Shown here piece by piece: positions 55,544 to 64,000 of a stretch of 64,000 bases of DNA; position 1 is the stretch's first letter, and each line of letters opens with the position of its first letter. The notes under the pieces are model-generated. The model did not search any database and was not told the DNA's origin. It saw nothing but the letters and a program-made list of their open reading frames with translations. Made by a program: the position numbers and the translations under genes. Source of the DNA: Octopus sinensis (Eukaryota); NCBI RefSeq assembly GCF_006345805.1, contig NC_043015.1, positions 29,140,001-29,204,000 on the forward strand, in the 5' to 3' direction.

Positions 55544-55574
55544 CATCATCATTATTATTATTATTATTATTATT

Positions 55575-55878
55575 CTATGTTTAACTTTTGCTTTACATTT
55601 GCACAAGCTGGCTCCAAGTCTCACCCAGAGACCTCAAGAGACAACAGGTTGGAAGTTCACGTTGTTGTTATGCCTAGTGTGCCATATATTTGGTTGTTTT
55701 TTTGGCGGGGTTGTACTAGTGAATGTCTAAAAAAAAAAAAAAATTATGTTTGCTTTAAACCCTGAGATTATATAGAAAGTATTTTGCGTAGGATATGAGC
55801 AGTTCCCATGAGCACTATCTTTTGAATTTCTGCCATTTTGGGGTTTCCTGATATCTGAGTTAGGTAGCACTCAGCCCC
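55575..55878 (-). mobile_element. R4/Dong-type element 3' end (ORF end plus 3'UTR) in (TAA)n
   Basis: Translates NPKMAEIQKIVLMGTAHILRKILSI*, then a UTR ending in (AAT)n. UTR-only copies at 30237-30370(-) and 57625-57782(+). Confidence 0.78.
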
Positions 55879-55997
<119 letters not shown>

Positions 55998-56054
55998 CAT
56001 TATTATTATTATTATTATTATCATTATTATTATTAATATTATTATTATTATTAA

Positions 56055-56084
<30 letters not shown>

Positions 56085-56085
<1 letters not shown>

Positions 56086-56638
56086 GAGTGAGAGAGCAGT
56101 GCATGCCATCAAAGTGACACTGGGGTAAAATATACGAAGCCCAATATACCCATCATGACTACCCGTCTGATAAAGGTACACCAGGCACATGCATCACAAC
56201 CATATGTGCGCGACATGGTGATCTCATATCAAGATAAACAGCACATGACCTTGCAGGTGGGGCCCAGTTAGAATTTTCTTCAGATTGAGTAGCCCATCCC
56301 GCTCAAACGGTCCCTGAATAAGGGTTGTTTAAGGATGTTGAAAGAACCACCCATGTTTCCAGAGGTGAACTATTCAAACCCCAAAGAATCCCTCTCAACA
56401 CATGGCTATGATGCTCCCCCACTACTTCTGCTCGTGATCAAGATGCACATATTGTCAGCCACGAAGGGACATGCTCAACTGGTTAAGGTCAAACAACTGA
56501 CAAGCAAATCTGTGGTATTGAGCAGAATATTTGCTGTAGCCCATCTTTTATACCAAGACAAAACAATGTACATGATAACACTTCCAATCAGTTAAGATCA
56601 GAAGCCATGAGAGCCACTGCCTGGTACTGCATCAGGGC

Positions 56639-56643
<5 letters not shown>
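56085..56643 (-). mobile_element. About 560-bp non-coding interspersed repeat bounded by (TAA)n
   Basis: Near-identical copies at 30424-30895 and 55229-55490, all abutting TAA microsatellites. No tRNA head seen. Confidence 0.8.
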
Positions 56644-56684
<41 letters not shown>

Positions 56685-57536
56685 CATCATCATCATCATC
56701 ATCATTATTATTCTGGTCACTGCCTGGAATATAACTCGGAATCTTATGGTTAGTAGCCCGAGCTCTTAAACCACTACGCTATAACGGTTTCAAATTTTGG
56801 CACAAGGCCAGCAATTTTAGAGGGGAGGTGTTAATGACTCTGCCAGCTCGCTACCTTAATGACAACAACAATAACAATGGCAATAAAAATAACCCAGTTC
56901 TCCATTGCCACAAACACGACTTGGAAGAGCTTAGCAGAAATAAACAATAAAAGACCCACACTATATGAAAGGATATTTATTTTTATGAGATTAGCTGATT
57001 CATCATAAAATTATTATAGTCTAAATATGGAAGACTGTGTTGTTCTTGTTGGTAGTAGTGGTGACGGTGGTATAGTGGTGTGTGTGGCTGTAGCAATATT
57101 GTTGTTGTTGTTGGTGGTGGTGTTGGTGGTGGTGGTGGTGGTGGTGGAGGTGGTGGTTATAGAGGTAGTTTGATTTGCTGCACAATCTTCAGTGTGAAAC
57201 TCATCTCTGCCCTGAGCCAATGAAGGTGTCTTTATGTGGTCATACTTTATGTGGTCATACAACAGCCAAATCTTCTTTGAAGCATATTCTACCTTATTAG
57301 AAAGAAGTGACACATTGTATAAATGTGGTCTGTTTACGCTGTGCTTGGGGTTAAAAAGCTCCAGCATGCCCACAGTCAAATGACTGAAACTAGTAATGGG
57401 TAAAGGGATAAACAAAAAACAAAAACAAAAAAACAAACTGGTCAGTCATAACTGGAATGTCTTTGACCATAGGCCTGATAAATTGAATTTGACCCGGGGC
57501 TAAGCAATAACAACAATTCAACCTTGCTTTCCTTGC

Positions 57537-57603
<67 letters not shown>

Positions 57604-57777
57604 AATATAATTTTCGTATGGTTCATTAGGCATTCACTAGTACAACACTAAGTACAAAACCAAATATATGGCACCCTAGGCATAACACCAACATGAACTT
57701 CCAACTTGTTGTCTCTTAAGGTCTCTGGGTGAGACTTGGAGCCAACATGTGCAAATGTAAAGCAAAAGTCAAACATA

Positions 57778-57830
<53 letters not shown>

Positions 57831-59076
57831 TAATAATAATAATAATAATAATGGCTTCAAATTTTGGCACAAGGCCAGCAATTTTGGAGGAGGTAAATCG
57901 ATTACATCAACTCCAGTGCTCAATATACTTGGGTGTGTTTTTATAATGGTGCCAATAACAGAGAAAAGAGGGATGTCAGTGGTGAATAGAAAGAGATGGA
58001 TAAACGGTGAGATGAATGATGAATGTCAATACCAGAGGTCAAGTGTATGAGATACTTGCTGGTCTGGTGAGGCCCCTTAAATCATTGTCATCATCATTTC
58101 AATGTTCTCTTTTCTGTGTTTGCACGGGCCAGATGGAATTCATTGAGGCAGATTTTCTAAAGCCTGGATGCCCCTACAGTCACCAACCATCACCTGTTTC
58201 CAAGCAAGGGAATATTTTCCCCTTGGCCAGACATGTTTTCACGGAATACTAGAAACATTTGACACCGCTTGTATGATGGTGACACTCACTTACCCCCCCT
58301 CCTGCTCATATATGTCCAGGAGATGTTTGCCTGCAAAGGCTCAAGAGGAACATTACCAAATTCACAGATCTAAGAGGGCCTGTGAACATCATGAGCCCTG
58401 CCTTTTTCTCCAGACCCAGCAAGCAAAAAAAAAAAGGAAAAAAAGAAAAAGAATAAGACAGCAGATTGGTAGAATCACCAGGGTATCAATATCTAGTAAT
58501 AACCCTTTATATTCTACGTTCACATGTTAAGGTCTCCTTTGCTTTTCGTCCTTCCAGGGTCAATCCGGATTTACACAGTGTTCGTTTTAGAGATTTTCTT
58601 CTGGTCAGATTCCTTTTAAAGTTGTGTTTATCATTTTGAAATACCACTTTGTCATATTATGACATCCGATTCAGGTTTATATTTTCTTTTCATCTTATTC
58701 GTCTTATTTTCATTTCATTTCATTTCTAAGCAAGTTAGAGAGCACTTAAGTTATATTTATATATTTTTATATTTTGTTCAATATTTTTTTGAGATTAAAT
58801 AACAGTGTTTCATATATCAAAGCAGAAATGAACAAGAGAGTCAATTTTTGCGGAAATGAAAACTAATGTAGAAAATGAACTCCAGCATGGAAATGACTCA
58901 ACATAAGCTATAAAACAAATTGATATAAACAAACCAACTGTTAGAACAATTAAATCAAAATGAAATCCGGTATATCAAAGAAAATCAAAGCCACTACCAT
59001 CACAGGATCTTCAATAAGTTTTAAATGAATACATAAATAGGTGGAGGTATGTGTGTGTATATGTACATGGTGGGGG

Positions 59077-59667
59077 AAAAGGCGGCGAGCTGGCAGAAAC
59101 GTTAGCACGCTGGGCGAAATGCGTAGCTGTATTTCGTCTGCCGTTACGTTCAGAGTTCAAATTCCGCCGAGGTCGACTTTGCCTTTCATCCTTTCGGGGT
59201 CGATAAATTAAGTGCTAGTTACACACTGGGGTCGATAAAATCGACTTGATCCATTTTTCTGTCCTTGTTTGTCCCCTCTGTGTTTAGCCCCTTGTGGGTA
59301 GTAAAGAAATAGGTATTTCGTATACTGCTACGTTCTGAGTTCAAATTCCGCCGAGCTTGACTTTGCCTTTCATCCATTCGGGGTCGATTAAATAAGTACC
59401 AGTTACGGAATGGGGTCGATATAATCAACTTAATCCATTTGTCCTGTCTGTGTTTAGCCCCTTGTGGGTAGTAAAGAAATAGGCATTTTGTCTGCTGCTA
59501 CATTCTGAGTTCAAATTCCGCCGAGCTCAACTTTGCCTTTCATCCTTTCGGGGTCAATAAATTAAGTACCAGTTATGCACTGGGGTCGATGTAATTGACT
59601 TAATCCATTTGTCTGTCCTTGTTTGTCCCCTCTATGTTTAGCCCCTTGTGGGTAGTAAAGAAATAGG
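59077..59667 (+). mobile_element. tRNA-derived SINE family B (Meta-domain-like GCCTTTCATCCTTTCGGGGTCGATAAA), tandem trimer
   Basis: Head aggcggcgagctggcagaaacgttagc, flanked by approximate TSD ggtgggg(g)aaaa. Other copies at 6730-6945(-), 13762-13945(-), 22170-22590, 31612-32030, 45395-45592, 46448-46665, 49208-49627. Confidence 0.88.
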
Positions 59668-60118
59668 TGGGGAAAAAGTTTGCTTCCCAATCACATGGTT
59701 TGGGGTTCAATCCCACTGTGTGGCACTTTGGGGCAAGTGTCTTCTACTATAGCCCCTGGCTGAGCAAAACCCTTGTGAGTGGATTTGGTAGATAGAAACT
59801 GAAAGAAGCCCAGTCATATGTATGTATGTATGTATGTGTGTATGTGTGTGTGTGTTTGTCCCTCTAGCATTGCTTGACAACTGATGCTGGTGTGTTTACA
59901 TCCCCGTCACTTAGCGGTTCAGCAAAAGAGACCGATAGAATAAGTACTGGGCTTACAAAGAATAAGTCCCGGGGTCGATTTGCTCGATTAAAGGCGGCGC
60001 TCCAGCATGGCCTCAGCCAAATGACTGAAACAAGTAAAAGAGTAAAAGAGTAAATATATATATATATTAGTACATATACACACATACATATATATATATA
60101 TATACACATACATATATA

Positions 60119-60155
<37 letters not shown>

Positions 60156-60575
60156 TAATATCAAACAGTGAGAAGGAATGCTCAACACCACACTGGTGGA
60201 TAAAGGTTCCAAAATGGAGATGAATACCAACATCTCCATAAAGCATGCTTAAACAATTGTGAAGATCTCTTCGCATGAAACCATTAGTTGCCTTAACCCA
60301 CAAAAAAATACACACACACACACATACATATACATACAATTGGCAACCTTACTAGTGCTGTTGAATAAAGCACTCAGTACACTCTGTAAAACGGTTGGCA
60401 TAAGAAAGGGCATCCATGCAACTGTAGAAGCAACGCCAAAGCTGGCATGGGAGCTTAATGGTTAATTCAGTACTACAACTTGTTGGAGCTCATCAAACTG
60501 TCCAACCCATGCCAGCATGGAAAACAGACATTAAATGATGATGATGGTGATGATGATGATGATGGTAATGATGAT

Positions 60576-60610
<35 letters not shown>

Positions 60611-60646
60611 CGACAGCGACGACGACGATGATGGTGATGATGATGG

Positions 60647-60690
<44 letters not shown>

Positions 60691-61225
60691 ATGATGATAT
60701 ATGCATGCATATATCCACAAGCATTTGTTAAATAATCAGGTCTTTGGATAATTATCTTTTTGTAATTAAAAATTTAGTAATTAAACATGAATACAAAACT
60801 GAAAAGAAAAAAATAATTAAATAAAAAGGTAGAAAACTACCATGAAATAATACAGCATTATTACTTTCTTCTTATTATTATTGTTATTTGTAGGAGAACT
60901 TTCATCTTTGATGAACTTTAATCATTATCATTTATTTTGCAAGAAAAAACACTAGAAACATCACATTTCTGCAACAAATTTCAATTTGTTGATGCGTGTT
61001 CCTGCATGCGTGTGCTTAAGGAGTGCATATATATACGTGCAGGAGTGGCTGTGTGGTAAGTAGCTTGCTTACCAACCACATGGTTCCAGGTACAGTCCCA
61101 CTGCATGGCAGCTTGGGCAAGTGTCTTCTACTATAGCCTTGGGCCGACCAAAGCCTTAGAGTGGATTTGGTAGACGGAAACTGAAAGAAGCCTGTCGTAT
61201 ATATGTATATATATATATGTGTGTG

Positions 61226-61264
<39 letters not shown>

Positions 61265-61499
61265 TGTGTGTGTTTGTGTTTGTGTGTCTGTGTTTGTCCC
61301 CACCAACATCGCTTGACAACCAATGCTGGTGTGTTTATGTCCCCGTAAGTTAGTGGTTCGGCAAAAGAGACCGATAGAATAAGTACTAGGCTTACAAAGA
61401 ATAAGTCCTGGGGTCGATTTATTCGACTAAAAGCGGTGCTCCAGCATGGCCTCAGTCAAATGACTGAAACAAGGAAAAGAGTAAACGAGTAACTTATAT

Positions 61500-61557
<58 letters not shown>

Positions 61558-61868
61558 GGAATCCGGAGTAGAGGTTGACCCAGGAAGACATGGGCCACCA
61601 TCTGTCCTTTGTCTCTTGCATTAGACATTATCAGACGTCTTTGCATGATGTGTCAATAAAACTTATCCTGATCCACACGATTAAGTGACTGAGGTGTACA
61701 TCAAGGTTCAGTCCTATCTATCATGCTTTTATATTTTTACATTAATGATTTGGCTACTGGCACTTCTGATCACACACAACCCTATTCAGACGATTCCAAT
61801 TTTTATACCTTCTTAATTCTGTGTATGTGAAATTATACATACGAACACAGACACATATATACATATAA

Positions 61869-61902
<34 letters not shown>

Positions 61903-61947
61903 ATATATATATATATATATACATATATGTATGTATATATATATATA

Positions 61948-62002
<55 letters not shown>

Positions 62003-62279
62003 TCTTAAGTAGCTCCAGAAATATGAAGTCATATTGAAACTTCCTCTTAACATCACTGATGTCCAAGAATATTTTACATTCTAAGAGAATGGAATCTCTT
62101 GAGGATATTTTTTCGTGTCATTTCAATAACTTGTGCTGCACTGAATTTGGTAAGGATAAACAGAAAATACACGAAGAATTGGAATATATCAAGAATAATA
62201 GTGAATAGGTGAGAAGGAGTTGGTGGTGGCCGAGAGACAGACAAAGACAGAAGTAGAGAGAGAACAAGAGAAGGAGCTG

Positions 62280-62332
62280 GACGAAGGGAGATGGGAGGAG
62301 AGAGTGACAGAAACAGAGTGTGAGAAAAGGAC

Positions 62333-62367
<35 letters not shown>

Positions 62368-63020
62368 AAGGGACATTGAGATAGAAAGATATAGAAAGTG
62401 AAAGTAGAGAAAATGGAAATAGCAATGAAAAGGAAAATGAGAGAGAAGGGGAAACAAAGGAAAGAAGCAGAAAGAGATAGAGAAAGAGAGAGAGAGAGGG
62501 AGAGAGAGACATAGATAGAGAGGAGAGATAGACAGAGAGATAAAAGTACAAAGAGAGAAATAGGTATAAAGATGGTGAGAGAGAAAGATGAGGAGAGACA
62601 GAGGACATACAAAGAGAGACATAGAGAGAGAGAGAGAGAGAGAGATAGGAATAATGATAAAGAGAGAAAGAGAGAGAGGGAGAGAGACATAGATAGAGAG
62701 AAGGAGAGACAGACAAAGAGAGAAATAAGTATAAAGAGGGTGAGAGAGAAAGATAAGGAGAGACAGGGGACATACAAAGAGAGACATAGAGAAAGATAGG
62801 AATTATGATAAAGGGAGAAAGAGAGAGAAGGAGAGACATAGACAGAGAGAAGGAGAGACAGAGAAAGAGAGATATAAATACAAAGAGAGAAATATGAAGA
62901 GAAATAGGTATAAAGAGAAAGAGGGACAGAAAGGCAAGGAGAGACAGAGAGGACACGCAAAGAGAGAAGTAGAGAGAGATGAGGATAAAGAGAGATAGAG
63001 AGAGAGAGAAAGACATAATG
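62280..63020. repeat. GA-rich polypurine tract with roughly 170-bp higher-order repeats
   Basis: Recurring gagacatagatagagag...gtataaaga..gtgagagagaaagat...catacaaagagagacatag. Confidence 0.85.
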
Positions 63021-64000
63021 ATAAATAAAAGTATGTAAAGAATTGTTTGGAAATAAAGGAACTGGTATTGGAAAAGAAATGTCTGTGATGAAGTTCGTTA
63101 TGAATAATGACAGAAATGGCAGCCAACAACAATAAACTAGAAATAAGTATGTAATAAGGCTTGAACGGAAATGAAGGTCGGAGAAATTTCAAAATGTCAT
63201 CAGTTGATGTTGATTGATAACTGGGGTAAATAATAGACCTCCGTACATGTCTCGACATGAAGTGCTTAGGTGAGATTCTGAAGCATTCAGCCATAGATAA
63301 AGACACGATATCTCTTAAAGAACTCGTTCAACTTTCTTCAAACTCATTCACCGAACTTCGAACTAAAATTGAATAGAAGAATTTCGGCAAAAGAAAAAAT
63401 CCTTTTGTCTTGTCCGATCACTTGCTTTGTCATCACTACTTTATCTGCATCTTTTTCTGTCTCTCTCCTCCACCTGGCTCTCTGTGTCTCTATATCTCTC
63501 TCTTCCTCATTCCATCCCTCCCTCCCCCTCCCTCTATCTCAACGCCCCTTTGTCTGTCTCTATCTAGTTCTCTCTCTATGTCTCTCTCTGATTCCCCCCC
63601 CCCCACTTTCTCTTCTACTTATGGTATAGGTTATACTCTTTACTCTCTCTCTCTTTTACTCTTTTACTTGTTTCAGTCATTTGACTGCTGCGGCCATGCT
63701 GGAGCACCGCCTTTAGTCGAGCAACTCCACCCCGGGACTTATTCTTTTGTAAGCCCAGTACTTATTCTATCGGTCTCTTTTTGCCGAACTGCTAAGTAAC
63801 AGGGACATAAGCACACCAGCATCGGTTGTCAAGCAATGCTAGGGGAACAAACACACCAGCATCGGTTGTCAAGCAATGCTAGGGGAACAAACACACCAGC
63901 ATCGGTTGTCAAGCAATGCTAGGGGGAAAACAAACACACCAGCATCGGTTGTCAAGCAATAAGCATGTAGGGGGACAAACACACCAGCATCGGTTGTCAA

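Noticed and set aside
62074-63306. Leu/Ser-rich ORFs up to 280 aa, and the MAECFRISPK ORF with a hydrophobic stretch
   Set aside because: Mostly antisense of a GA-rich tract. The unique part has no convincing splice sites or recognisable homology.

Overview
AT-rich, microsatellite- and SINE-dense animal DNA. The repeat families look like those of an octopus or other coleoid cephalopod; this is recognition from memory, not a database search. There is a 100-N scaffold gap at 16552-16651. Three partial spliced genes can be read. (1) L-threonine 3-dehydrogenase (TDH), minus strand: five phase-compatible exons between 721 and 9001. The last exon should lie left of position 1, and the GxxGxxG exon was not found. 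(2) A plus-strand Patched-related/PTCHD3-like membrane protein: about five exons, 16865-27421. (3) Two minus-strand exons (47359-47508 and 35718-35866) resembling the N-terminus of a VWA/Cache (alpha2delta/CACHD1-like) protein. Genes 2 and 3 converge and neither is complete, so they interleave or the assembly is mosaic. The remainder is tRNA-derived SINEs, 3' fragments of RTE, CR1 and R4/Dong-type LINEs, MITEs and simple repeats. The most notable non-gene signal is a set of at least four unrelated short elements, mostly embedded in (TA)n, carrying minimal type I hammerhead-ribozyme motifs of the Penelope-associated kind, some with non-canonical cores. Nearly all long ORFs in the supplied track are repeat artefacts.
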